Below, piece after piece: positions 38,868-48,021 of a stretch of 64,000 nucleotides of DNA. A program made the translations under genes and the position numbers. Each line of letters opens with the position of its first letter. Position 1 is the stretch's first letter. The notes under the pieces were generated by a model. It saw only the letters and a program-made list of their open reading frames with translations. It was not told where the DNA came from and did no database searches. Origin of the DNA: Candidatus Algichlamydia australiensis (GTDB taxonomy: Bacteria > Chlamydiota > Chlamydiia > Chlamydiales > JAJFMI01); assembly GCA_033977065.1 (NCBI GenBank), contig JAXCHI010000003.1, forward strand, positions 448,001 through 512,000, given 5' to 3'.

Positions 38868-39794
38868 CCCTGCTTTTGGAATAAGCTTTAAGAGGGTTTC
38901 AGCTTCTACAGAATTGTTTTTGGCGTCATTTAGTTCTTGTGAAAGTTGTGTAGAGATGTCCCTTTTCCAGCGGTTGAATCCCCAGTGGGCGATCGACCGT
39001 AGTTTAGACCCGCTCTCTTTTGCATAGGCGCTTTCGATCATGAGGGCGTGCATTTCTTCTACATTGTCGAATTGATCAAAGCGAGGAACGTCTTTGAATG
39101 CGGTAGGAATTTTATACTTGTCATATGTATGGGTTAACTCATGAAGTAAAATTTCTTTTAAAGAAGTTTGAGCTGTTCTGATATTTCCGTCTTGATTTAG
39201 AGAGACTCTCTCGTGACTTTTAGAAGTAAGAAGGATTTTGTAACTAGAAGGAAGTGCGTTAAAATATTTTTCTTTGGGAGATTCGGGATGTAGATATCTC
39301 CAGGGAAGAAAGAGTAGAGGAGCTAGCAAAATTAAGAAATTTACTTGAAGAAGATCGACAATTAAGGAGTTTGCCTCTTTGCAACAGGGAGCAGACTCGC
39401 TCATTTCTAGAATAATACGAGAATTTCTTTCGATAGCTCTGTTAATAACAAAATATCCTGTTTTTGTTTTGGCGATTTCCCTGATCGATGAGATTAATTC
39501 TGAAGAATAGATACCTAACTTTATTGATGTATTTCTAAAAAGGATTTCATCTACAAGAGCTGAAACTTCTTTTTCTGTCGGATTGCGGAGTTGCCCTAAA
39601 AATGAGTCGACTCCCTCTTCTATTTTTTCGTAATAAGTCTGAGACTCTTTTAAAAAAGATAGAGGGTCTTTTTTGCTTAATGAAAGATGAGACTTTGCAA
39701 CGTTTGAGGTCCGAGTGTCTAATTCTTTTTTCTCAAGATTAGGGGGGGGCGTGGGACTGCTGCTTTCTGAATATTGGCTAACTTTATTTATCAT
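38838..39794 (-). CDS. Putative HEXXH zinc metalloprotease (M91-like), effector-like
   Basis: ILLHELTH followed by EE..E..G..R; Ser/Pro-rich N-terminus. Confidence 0.55.
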   Translation of the reverse strand: MINKVSQYSESSSPTPPPNLEKKELDTRTSNVAKSHLSLSKKDPLSFLKESQTYYEKIEEGVDSFLGQLRNPTEKEVSALVDEILFRNTSIKLGIYSSELISSIREIAKTKTGYFVINRAIERNSRIILEMSESAPCCKEANSLIVDLLQVNFLILLAPLLFLPWRYLHPESPKEKYFNALPSSYKILLTSKSHERVSLNQDGNIRTAQTSLKEILLHELTHTYDKYKIPTAFKDVPRFDQFDNVEEMHALMIESAYAKESGSKLRSIAHWGFNRWKRDISTQLSQELNDAKNNSVEAETLLKLIPKAGLHTIEGLKA

Positions 39795-39825
39795 TTTATT
39801 TACATCATTAAAATATTATATAATT

Positions 39826-39854
39826 ATTATAATAAATAATTTAATTAAATTCAA
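39826..39854 (-). promoter_or_regulatory. Near-consensus sigma66 promoter for the HEXXH gene
   Basis: TTGAAT-N17-TATAAT on the minus strand. Confidence 0.65.
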
Positions 39855-39877
39855 TTATGTTTATAGTGTGTTGATAT

Positions 39878-40043
39878 TCAGTGGGATGTAATTCGATCTA
39901 TCTGACTGATTAAATAAAAGGGTAAAGAGAGAACGTTATTTTCTATGAGTTTTTCCAATTTGCCTTGCACCGCGTAAAAGAAGAGGTTTGTGTCTTTTTT
40001 CATTTTTCCATTTGAGTAGATCTTGTTCAATATCCCGCTTCAT
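39878..40043 (-). pseudogene. Internally deleted relic of an AAA_14/DUF4143 ATPase
   Basis: MKRDIEQDLLKWKNEKRHKPLLLRGARQIGKT joined out of frame to NVLSLPFYLISQIDRITSH*. Confidence 0.75.
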
Positions 40044-40075
40044 TCTTTTATAATAGCATAAAATTGCCCCCTGTT

Positions 40076-41026
40076 TTATGTAAGTTGCTCATTTACAGTA
40101 GTTTTGGATTTTTCACCTGCAAGCTCCTGAACATAGCGCGGAACGGCGTAGCCGGGAAGAGATTCGCGGAGTTGTGAGATGATTTCTAGGCCTTTTCTGG
40201 GAGAGACCTCAAAATGGGCAGCTCCCTGCACGCGGTCGAGTTGGTGCAGGTAGTAGGGGATGATCCCGTGGGCAATCAATTTTAAAAAAAGTTCCTTAAG
40301 GGTTTGAAAATTGTCATTTACGTCTTTTAGGAGCACGGTTTGGGTGAGCACTGGGCAAGGCATTTTTTTTAATGATGCTAGGACATCGTTGTCTAGTTCT
40401 TTGGGGTGATTGGTGTGCACAAGGAAGATGGTTTGCAGACGGCTTTTTTGCAGAATCTCAATGAATTCTTTTGTAATGCGTTCAGGAATTCCAATAGGAA
40501 AGCGGGTGTGGAAGCGCAATATTTGAAGATGAGGGACCTCTTCTAACTTTTCGATGAGTTGGGCTAAGCGTCGATCGCTAAGTGAGAGAGGATCGCCTCC
40601 ACTTAAAATGATTTCTATAGTTGTGGGATCATTTTTAAGAACTTCGATTTCTGCATCCCAGTTGTCCGCTTTTTCGTAATCATAGTTTTGACGAAAGCAG
40701 TAGCGGCAGTGCATGGGACAAACGCCAGTAGTGACAAGGAGGGCACGGCTCTGATATTTTTGCAAGAGTTTGGGGGTTTTTTGAAAGGAGCAGTCGGAAA
40801 CAGGGTCAGAGATAAAGTTGGGAAAGGAAATTTTTTCTTTTGATAGGGGAAGGAATTGTTTTAAGAGGGGGTCATTGAGATCGTTTTTGGCAATTTTTTC
40901 TGCGATTCGCCTAGGAAGGTTTAGGGGGAATGATGTATCGGTAAAACTTTTACGGTCTTCTATTTCTAGATAGTCTAGAAGGGTGGGAAGATCGCGAAAA
41001 TTTTCTCTAAGGATGCTTTGCCACAT
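40076..41026 (-). CDS. epmB: KamA-family radical SAM protein (EpmB-like)
   Basis: CPMHCRYCFR, SGGDPL, RFHTR, PYYLHQLDRVQGAAHF. Confidence 0.88.
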   Translation of the reverse strand: MWQSILRENFRDLPTLLDYLEIEDRKSFTDTSFPLNLPRRIAEKIAKNDLNDPLLKQFLPLSKEKISFPNFISDPVSDCSFQKTPKLLQKYQSRALLVTTGVCPMHCRYCFRQNYDYEKADNWDAEIEVLKNDPTTIEIILSGGDPLSLSDRRLAQLIEKLEEVPHLQILRFHTRFPIGIPERITKEFIEILQKSRLQTIFLVHTNHPKELDNDVLASLKKMPCPVLTQTVLLKDVNDNFQTLKELFLKLIAHGIIPYYLHQLDRVQGAAHFEVSPRKGLEIISQLRESLPGYAVPRYVQELAGEKSKTTVNEQLT

Positions 41027-41051
41027 AGTTTGTTATATCATACCAGAAAGT

Positions 41052-41561
41052 CTAAAATCCAAAACCATAACGGATTGATACCGATGGAAAGTTGACTCTC
41101 TCTTTGGGGTGACCATCGAGAAATGTACAAGGAACAAATTGCACTTCTAAAAAGCGTTTACGGCCCTTGCTTGTGCGGTATTGTTTTCCAAAAACAAATT
41201 CAGGGGAGACAAATGTGAGCGAAAAAGGTTGAACTGTTGAGACACCTACTCCTGCCCCAAAATAATATTCACTTCGTTGGTTTGGTCTAGGGTAATAGAG
41301 AAGAAGGGCGCTGCCATTTAAGGCGTAGACATCTGAAAAGAAAAGGGTTCCGTTGGCGCTTAAGTCAATACCGAGGTGCTTTGATTGCGCTCGCAAACCA
41401 AGTCCAAGAAAGGGGCGGGTGTAGCAAAGAATTTGCGTTGGAACATATAGACCAGTCGTTCCATAAACAAAAATATTTTTTGTCGAGGGGAGTTCACTCT
41501 CGTCAGCTTTTAGTGTTCCAAAGGCTGCTGAAAAGAAAAGCAGTAGTCCAAATTTTTTCAT
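41052..41561 (-). CDS. Small outer-membrane beta-barrel protein, paralog 3
   Basis: MKKFG signal peptide, YYPRP..YFGAG, SPEFVFGKQY, C-terminal YGFGF. Confidence 0.75.
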   Translation of the reverse strand: MKKFGLLLFFSAAFGTLKADESELPSTKNIFVYGTTGLYVPTQILCYTRPFLGLGLRAQSKHLGIDLSANGTLFFSDVYALNGSALLLYYPRPNQRSEYYFGAGVGVSTVQPFSLTFVSPEFVFGKQYRTSKGRKRFLEVQFVPCTFLDGHPKERVNFPSVSIRYGFGF

Positions 41562-41634
41562 AATTATTTCTACACAAATGGAGTGCTTTGTTGGTTAGAC
41601 GTCGACAAAGCACTTGTAATTTTAACAGAAGAAG

Positions 41635-42126
41635 TTAAAACCCGATACCATAGCGTAGGATTAGGCCGGGTACAAATGTTCCTTCACCCTGACTATTCAT
41701 GATGTAGGGTGTGATTTGTGCTTCAAAAAAGCGTCTACCGCCTGTATCGGGGCAGTACTGCTTTCCAACAACAAGCTCTGGTGAAAATGCCGCGGTTTCA
41801 TCTAAATTCACTGTCATAATTCCGGCCCCTGCTCCAAAATAAAACTGGCGTTTTAGGTTGGGTTTCGGATAGTAAAGAACTGTTGCATTTCCTTTTGCTA
41901 AAAAGATGCCTGGGATCCCTGTTCCCTGGATGCTTATATCAGAACCAATATTTCCGGACTGGTTGCGAAATCCAATTCCGACGATTGGAAACATGATGAG
42001 GGAGGCAATTGACCCCATCGAGCTATATACAAAAGCATCTTGTGTATAGGTTGAAATGCCTTCATCCGCTTTTAGTCTGCCAAAATTTGCTGTAAATAAA
42101 AGTAGTAGTAATCCGAATTTTTTCAT
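41635..42126 (-). CDS. Small outer-membrane beta-barrel protein, paralog 2
   Basis: MKKFG signal peptide, YYPKP..YFGAG, SPELVVGKQY, C-terminal YGIGF. Confidence 0.75.
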   Translation of the reverse strand: MKKFGLLLLLFTANFGRLKADEGISTYTQDAFVYSSMGSIASLIMFPIVGIGFRNQSGNIGSDISIQGTGIPGIFLAKGNATVLYYPKPNLKRQFYFGAGAGIMTVNLDETAAFSPELVVGKQYCPDTGGRRFFEAQITPYIMNSQGEGTFVPGLILRYGIGF

Positions 42127-42147
42127 TATTATAATCCTTATTGAAGT

Positions 42148-42182
42148 AAGAAAAGACGAGAGATTTTCTCTCGTCTTTTCTT
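42148..42182 (-). terminator. Intrinsic terminator after OMP paralog 1
   Basis: aagaaaagacgagaga-ttt-tctctcgtcttttctt, perfect 16-bp arms including A/T tails. Confidence 0.75.
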
Positions 42183-42213
42183 GAACCTATCTAGATAGGT
42201 TCTCGTTCTGAGC

Positions 42214-42843
42214 TTAGAATCCCCAGCCGTAACTTAGTGTTACAGATGGTGTCCAGCTGCGTGTGGTCCCTTTGAAGAAAGGTGTTTTCTCATCACCGTT
42301 TTCAGGGGTCTTAAACGCATCATTCGATTTTGAAACAACAAAAGGAGTGATTTGCGCTTGGAAGAATCGTCTTCCACCACCGTTTGAGATGTACTGTTTT
42401 CCGAGGGTTAACTCTGGAGCAACAGAGAGAACATCATGACGCTCACGAATCCACTTGTGATAGCGCTCACCGTTTCCGTTTACCCCTCTGTACTTCTCTT
42501 CAGTTGAAAGAGTTTTTGTTCTGTCAAAGATCTGTTTTACGCTAGCGCCAAGTCCCGCATAAAATTGTCCTTGAAGATTTGGTTGAAAATAGTAGAGGTA
42601 GCTCAATGCTCCTTTTACCATTTGTGTTTCGCCATACGCTGCACCTTGTGCATGCATGTCAAAGCCGTTGTGGCCTGATTGCCCGCGGAATCCAAGTCCA
42701 AATACTGGAAGAAGGTTTCCTGGCATTTCTGTACCAAGGCTGCCGTACACAAAACTATCGCTTGCATATTCAGTCTCGTTAGCGTTTGCTGTAGAAAATA
42801 CTCCAACAAATGCTAGTAGAAATAGTGTTCCAAATTTCTTCAT
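42214..42843 (-). CDS. Small outer-membrane beta-barrel protein, paralog 1
   Basis: GGAG SD, MKKFG signal peptide, APELTLGKQY, C-terminal YGWGF. Confidence 0.78.
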   Translation of the reverse strand: MKKFGTLFLLAFVGVFSTANANETEYASDSFVYGSLGTEMPGNLLPVFGLGFRGQSGHNGFDMHAQGAAYGETQMVKGALSYLYYFQPNLQGQFYAGLGASVKQIFDRTKTLSTEEKYRGVNGNGERYHKWIRERHDVLSVAPELTLGKQYISNGGGRRFFQAQITPFVVSKSNDAFKTPENGDEKTPFFKGTTRSWTPSVTLSYGWGF

Positions 42844-43021
42844 CGTTATTCTCCATTAGTTAATTAAATGGTACGTGATAATTTTATCACTAAATTAACA
42901 TTGAAGAATAGAAAAATTAAAGATTGGATAGATTTTAATTTTGAATAAAAAACAGATCCGAGAAAAAGTTAAAAAACAAAACTAGTTTGCTAGTTTTGCA
43001 ATCAGAAAAATATAAAAATAA

Positions 43022-44386
43022 TTATAATTTGTTGGAAGTGAGAAGAGATTCGAGCTTTTTAGTTGCGCGAACTCTCTCAATATTGGCACCTAAAGAGGCG
43101 AGTTTGCCCTCTAGGTTCTCATACCCACGGTCAAGAAAGCGTAGGCCAGTAATTTCACTAGTGTTAGGGGCGATAAGGGCTGCCATAACATAGGCAAATC
43201 CCGCTCTTAGGTCGGGGATATCAATTCTTTTGCCATAGAGAGGGGTTGGTCCTTTGACGATTAGGCTGTGATCAAAGTTTTGAGAGGCAAAGCGACAGCT
43301 CTTTCCGCCGAGGCATTGGGTGAAGAGTTCTATGTCTGCTCCCATCTCTTTAATTGTTTTCGCGTAGCCAAAGCGATTCTCATAGACTGTTTCATGAATC
43401 ACAGAGCAGCCACGGCTCTGAGTAAGTAAGACTACAAAGGGTTGCAACCAATCGGTTAAAAATCCAGGGTGGACGTCTGTTTCTAAATGAAGATTGCCTT
43501 GCAATGGTCCTTTGTAAAAAAATTCTATACCATTCTCTTTTACTAAAAAACCTCCGCCAATGGTGCGTAGTTTGTTGAGAAAGCTAATCATGTGGGATTG
43601 CTGTGCACCCTCCACAAAAACGCATCCCTTTGTTGCAATAGCTGCCATTCCTAAAGAGGCTGCTTCTATGCGGTCTGTCAAAACGCGATGTTCAGCTTCG
43701 AAAAATTCTTTTGTTTCTTGGATGTAGATTGAGCGGTTGATGTCTACACGAATGATAACCCCAAGCTTTTGTAAAAAAAGAATGAGGTCAATAATTTCTG
43801 GCTCAACAGCCGCATTCTTGATGAGTGTTGTTCCCTTGGCTCTACAACCCGCAAAAATAGCATTTTCTGTTGCTCCTACAGAGGGATAAGGGAGGTGAAT
43901 GATGCTTCCCTTTAACATTTTCGCTTGTGCTACGTAGGCTCTACCATCTTCTCGAGAGATAGAGTCAATTTTTGCTCCCATCTGCTCTAGAGCTTGAATG
44001 TGAAAGTCAACAGGACGCTTTCCAATTTTGCACCCTCCCATGGTAGGTACAGTTATCGGCTCTTGTGTACGTCCTAAGAGGGCTCCAAGCATCAAAATAG
44101 GGATGCGGTTGGCACCAGAAAAACGCTGATGAACTTCTGTACGGATGAGCTTTGGCGTGACAATTTCAAGTGCGCCTTTTTCACGGTCCCAAGTGATTTG
44201 CGCTCCGACCTCTTTACAGAGATCCACTGTTACCTCAACTTCTAAAATATTGGGAACATTTGTAAATTTTACGCTTTTATCAGAAAGTAAAGAGGCAACA
44301 AGCATTTTGGTGATCGCATTTTTCGCACCTGCTGCTTTAACGCTTCCCTGAAGAGGGGTTCCGCCTGTAATCTTGAAAAGCTCCAT
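43022..44386 (-). CDS. murA: UDP-N-acetylglucosamine 1-carboxyvinyltransferase
   Basis: GAKNA, GGCKIGKRPVDFH, SVGATEN, DRIEA, PDLRAG, DRGYE. Confidence 0.97.
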   Translation of the reverse strand: MELFKITGGTPLQGSVKAAGAKNAITKMLVASLLSDKSVKFTNVPNILEVEVTVDLCKEVGAQITWDREKGALEIVTPKLIRTEVHQRFSGANRIPILMLGALLGRTQEPITVPTMGGCKIGKRPVDFHIQALEQMGAKIDSISREDGRAYVAQAKMLKGSIIHLPYPSVGATENAIFAGCRAKGTTLIKNAAVEPEIIDLILFLQKLGVIIRVDINRSIYIQETKEFFEAEHRVLTDRIEAASLGMAAIATKGCVFVEGAQQSHMISFLNKLRTIGGGFLVKENGIEFFYKGPLQGNLHLETDVHPGFLTDWLQPFVVLLTQSRGCSVIHETVYENRFGYAKTIKEMGADIELFTQCLGGKSCRFASQNFDHSLIVKGPTPLYGKRIDIPDLRAGFAYVMAALIAPNTSEITGLRFLDRGYENLEGKLASLGANIERVRATKKLESLLTSNKL

Positions 44387-44391
44387 TCACT

Positions 44392-45309
44392 TTATACTCT
44401 AACAATCGAAAGGTTTTTCCGATAGCCAGCAGGCAGAAGATTCCCATGGGAGCCGTATGTAAGTTTGATGGGATAGCCCAATTTTTTTGCAATCAGAACG
44501 GCAATGGAGCTCATCGTATGTCGTGGATTGATTTCAACAACGGGGTGAATGCCTTCTTCATAAACAAAACTATCGATACTGATCGGACCAAAAAATCCCC
44601 TTTTTTGGATTTTTTGCAGAAGGGGGAGATGATCAACTTGGGGAGTATCTGCATCTGTTGTGCAAGATAAAAAACTACCTCTTGCGCTATTTTGCATTGT
44701 AGTTTTTCCCACACATGTGATGCTTTCTCCGACTTCATAATGCGTACTAAAGTCAAGTGTACGCTCTACCCAAGGCTCTCCAATTAGGGGGAATTGTAAT
44801 TTTGAAATGTTGGCGTCTGCATGCCGTAAAATGGTGTGACCGGTGCCAGAAAAACCGAAAGGAGTTTTCAACACTTTTGGGAATTTTCCGACTGCCAACC
44901 AAGCTTTTGTCTCATCGAGACTATGTAAAATTTTACTGCCGGGAAGTTGTTGGGTATTTTCAAATGAGAAAACCTTTGATGTGATCTCTTCTACAAGATC
45001 AAGTGGTGGTATTTGATAGGGGATTTTTTTCTCTTTGGCCCACTGTTGAAGAGAGTGAGTAGGTGCATAAGAAGTAAGTTCAAAGTCAGAAAAATTTTGA
45101 TCAGAGAGAAGGTGGATTTTGGCTTGAGTAGGAAAGTTGCGAGGAGGCGCTTTGGCCAAAAGCACATGATCAGCAAAAAGAAGAGGGAGGTAATGAAGTT
45201 GAAAGAAGAGGGGGTGAGCTCTCAAACCCTCTTCAATTGTTACACTCTTTTTTTTATCTAGTTCCCACTCAAAAAAAGCGTTGCAGAAATAAAGCTTTTT
45301 TCTTAACAT
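44392..45309 (-). CDS. Hypothetical ATP-grasp-like protein
   Basis: AAGGAG SD before ATG 45309; VLKTPFGFSGTG, EPWVER, VEINPR. Confidence 0.7.
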   Translation of the reverse strand: MLRKKLYFCNAFFEWELDKKKSVTIEEGLRAHPLFFQLHYLPLLFADHVLLAKAPPRNFPTQAKIHLLSDQNFSDFELTSYAPTHSLQQWAKEKKIPYQIPPLDLVEEITSKVFSFENTQQLPGSKILHSLDETKAWLAVGKFPKVLKTPFGFSGTGHTILRHADANISKLQFPLIGEPWVERTLDFSTHYEVGESITCVGKTTMQNSARGSFLSCTTDADTPQVDHLPLLQKIQKRGFFGPISIDSFVYEEGIHPVVEINPRHTMSSIAVLIAKKLGYPIKLTYGSHGNLLPAGYRKNLSIVRV

Positions 45310-45337
45310 ACTCCTTATTAAACAGGAGTTGGCTCTT

Positions 45338-46009
45338 ATGTCACAAGCACGCAAATTTTTATTCGCTGCTGCCTTTCTTCTATTACACTGCACCCTCTAC
45401 CCGCATGAGATTTCTATTCGTCTCAAAGAGAAGTTAGAAATAAGGGTTCAAAGTGAGAATTTAGTAATCGAAAGTTTGAAATGCTCTGATATTCCCGCAA
45501 TGCAGGAGCTGCGCGCAAAAGAAGAGAATATGAGTCTTTTTGCTAACAGGAATCCTGTTTCCAAAGAGAAGACTCTTTTAAGATGCATCAACTGGATCAA
45601 AAGATGGGAGAGCGGCAATCCCTTTTCCGCTATGAGTATTTTCACAAGAGAGGGAGAGTTTATCGGGTATGCTGTGATGGGGTACGGAGATGATCCTGAT
45701 ACCGGTGAAGAGAATGCTCCTGGCCTATCAGAGTTTGCTATTATAATTGATTCAGATTACTGGGGTTTGGGATATGGAACAGAAGCTGCAGGTGTAATGC
45801 TATTTAAGTTAGCACCTGAGCTTAAAGATAAGAAATTTTCCCTTTCGGGTGCCCCCCTTCAAAGAGTTATTTTTACTACGAGTCCCGACAACCCAGGTAT
45901 GGTGCGTCTCTGCGAAAAACTGGGCATTGGAATCCAGCGTACTTTCGGTCCAAATGAGCCAGGAAACCCTTGGAATTTTGAAAAATACTTTTACGAATTG
46001 GAGATTTAA
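45338..46009 (+). CDS. GNAT (RimJ/RimL-like) acetyltransferase with signal-like N-terminus
   Basis: YWGLGYGTEA, DNPGMVRLCEKLG. Confidence 0.8.
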   Translation: MSQARKFLFAAAFLLLHCTLYPHEISIRLKEKLEIRVQSENLVIESLKCSDIPAMQELRAKEENMSLFANRNPVSKEKTLLRCINWIKRWESGNPFSAMSIFTREGEFIGYAVMGYGDDPDTGEENAPGLSEFAIIIDSDYWGLGYGTEAAGVMLFKLAPELKDKKFSLSGAPLQRVIFTTSPDNPGMVRLCEKLGIGIQRTFGPNEPGNPWNFEKYFYELEI

Positions 46010-46011
46010 AT

Positions 46012-46773
46012 TTGCTTCAGATTCAGCAGGTTACAAAGTCATATAAGACGAAAGGTCGTCCAATTAAACGCGCTTTAAAGGGTGTCTCCCTTGAAATCCA
46101 AAAAGGTGAAGTGCTTGGTTTATTGGGCGTTAATGGAGCAGGGAAAACGACTCTCTCCTCTATCATTGCGGGGTTGATTCCTCCTACATCGGGCGATTTG
46201 ATTTGGGGCGATCGCTCTATTTACAAAGATATTGTTGGTTACAAGCGCCATATTGGTTTTTGTCCGCAGTCGCCAAATTTGGACCAGCAACTGAATTTGG
46301 GCCAGAGCCTTCTTTTCACAGCACGCTGTTACGGTTTTTCTAAAGAGAGAGCAAAAAAACGGTGTGAAGAACTTACAAACCGCTTCGGCTTGGGCAATTA
46401 CTTAGAAGCTTCTCCCTTTCAACTGTCCGGTGGTTATAAACAGCGCTTCCTGCTTGCAAGAGCGCTGATTCATGGACCTGATCTTGTAATTTTAGATGAG
46501 CCAACAGTCGGACTCGATCCTCATATCCGTCATGAGCTTTGGGAAGAGATCAAAGGTTTGCGAAAAAGTGGCGTTGCTGTTTTGCTCACAACACACTATT
46601 TAGACGAAGCAGAAGAGCTCTCCGATCGCGTCTGCTTTATCCATAATGGTGAAATTCGCATTGTGGATAAACCGCAAAATTTAATTACAAAGTATAAGAA
46701 GAAAAACCTCGAAGAGGTTTTTTTAGAACTGGTTGATACTACTGAAATGGAGTTATTTAAGAGAGATGAATAA
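46012..46773 (+). CDS. ABC-2 transporter ATP-binding protein
   Basis: GVNGAGKT, LSGG, LDEPTVGLD, TTHY. Confidence 0.95.
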   Translation: MLQIQQVTKSYKTKGRPIKRALKGVSLEIQKGEVLGLLGVNGAGKTTLSSIIAGLIPPTSGDLIWGDRSIYKDIVGYKRHIGFCPQSPNLDQQLNLGQSLLFTARCYGFSKERAKKRCEELTNRFGLGNYLEASPFQLSGGYKQRFLLARALIHGPDLVILDEPTVGLDPHIRHELWEEIKGLRKSGVAVLLTTHYLDEAEELSDRVCFIHNGEIRIVDKPQNLITKYKKKNLEEVFLELVDTTEMELFKRDE

Positions 46774-47551
46774 GAGTTCTTTTTCCGTATTTGTGCAGCT
46801 ACTTTTTAGAGAGCTGACGATTTTTCGGACTCGCTTTCGCCAGCGCGTTATTAATATGTGCATGGTCTTTTTTACAAACGTAGTAGTGTTTAATTATTTT
46901 CTTGCTCCAATGGGGATGGGTCCAAACTATGGTCCATTTATCATGGTGGGGGCAATCGCTATTTTCGGACTATTTGATCTGATGATGTATGTTTCGGAGA
47001 TGGTGATGGACATGGAGGGAAACCGCCGGATTAATCACACACTCTCAATGCCCATTCCCTCAACTCTTGTCTTCATTTCAATCGGATTTAACTGGGCCGT
47101 AACCTCTGCGATTTTGATCGCTTTTCTGATTCCTGTTGGGAAGTTATTGCTTTGGAGCCAATTTTCTTTATCAGCAGTTTCATGGTGGCGTTTTGCTATT
47201 ATTTATCCGTTGATTCACCTCTTTTTTGGCTTTTTTGCCCTTTGGATCAGCTCGGTCTTTTCCAAGGCCTCGCAAATTGGGAACATTTGGACACGTGTTG
47301 TGAATCCGCTTTTTATGTTTGGAGCCTACTTTTTTCCGTTCTCATCTGTTCTAACAGTATCCCCAATGCTTGCAAAATTCTTTTTAATTAATCCTATAAT
47401 TTACGTTACAGAAGGACTGCGTTCTGCCATGCTTGGACCTTCAGAAGCGTCAATACCATTTTGGATTTGTCCGACGATGCTTATTTTCTTCAGTATGGTA
47501 TTTATCTGGCATTCAACAAAACGCTTTAAAAAGATTCTAGACTGTGTTTAA
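46766..47551 (+). CDS. ABC-2 transporter permease
   Basis: Six TM segments, NPIIYVTEGLR; overlaps the ATPase stop. Confidence 0.9.
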   Translation: MNKSSFSVFVQLLFRELTIFRTRFRQRVINMCMVFFTNVVVFNYFLAPMGMGPNYGPFIMVGAIAIFGLFDLMMYVSEMVMDMEGNRRINHTLSMPIPSTLVFISIGFNWAVTSAILIAFLIPVGKLLLWSQFSLSAVSWWRFAIIYPLIHLFFGFFALWISSVFSKASQIGNIWTRVVNPLFMFGAYFFPFSSVLTVSPMLAKFFLINPIIYVTEGLRSAMLGPSEASIPFWICPTMLIFFSMVFIWHSTKRFKKILDCV

Positions 47552-48020
47552 GACAGGACTTGGGCAGGACTCGCACCGCTTTTTAAAAGAAAAAACTGAT
47601 AAGTCTTGCGTTATTGGGGGCGTAGTTTTCCCCGATGCACCTGGGCTTGATGCAGACTCTGATGGCGATATCATTTTTCATGCGATTTGCAACGCCATTA
47701 CTTCTATAACACATGTTTCCATCTTGGGTGAGATTGCTCCTAAACTCTGTAAAGAGGAGGGAATTACTGACAGCCAAGTCTATCTTGATAAAGCTCTCGA
47801 TACATTAAAAGAGTGGAAGATCGAGCATGTAGCCCTTTCAATTGAGGGAAAACAACCACGATTTCAAAAACGCGCTCTAGATATTCGAAAATCTGTTGCA
47901 AAGGTTTTAGGTGTTCTTATAGAATCTGTAGGAATTACGTTTACCTCAGGTGATGAGCTTACAGCTTTTGGCCGAGGTGAAGGTCTGCAATGTTTTTGTA
48001 CTCTTACCCTTAGGAAGTAA
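47544..48020 (+). CDS. ispF: 2-C-methyl-D-erythritol 2,4-cyclodiphosphate synthase
   Basis: GLGQDSHRF, SDGDIIFHAICNA, GRGEG. Confidence 0.92.
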   Translation: MFKTGLGQDSHRFLKEKTDKSCVIGGVVFPDAPGLDADSDGDIIFHAICNAITSITHVSILGEIAPKLCKEEGITDSQVYLDKALDTLKEWKIEHVALSIEGKQPRFQKRALDIRKSVAKVLGVLIESVGITFTSGDELTAFGRGEGLQCFCTLTLRK

Positions 48021-48021
48021 A

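Noticed and set aside
42187..42198. ctatctagatag identical to the family D junction at 54209-54220 as an excision footprint
   Set aside because: Only 12 bp, self-complementary and part of a local hairpin; could be chance.
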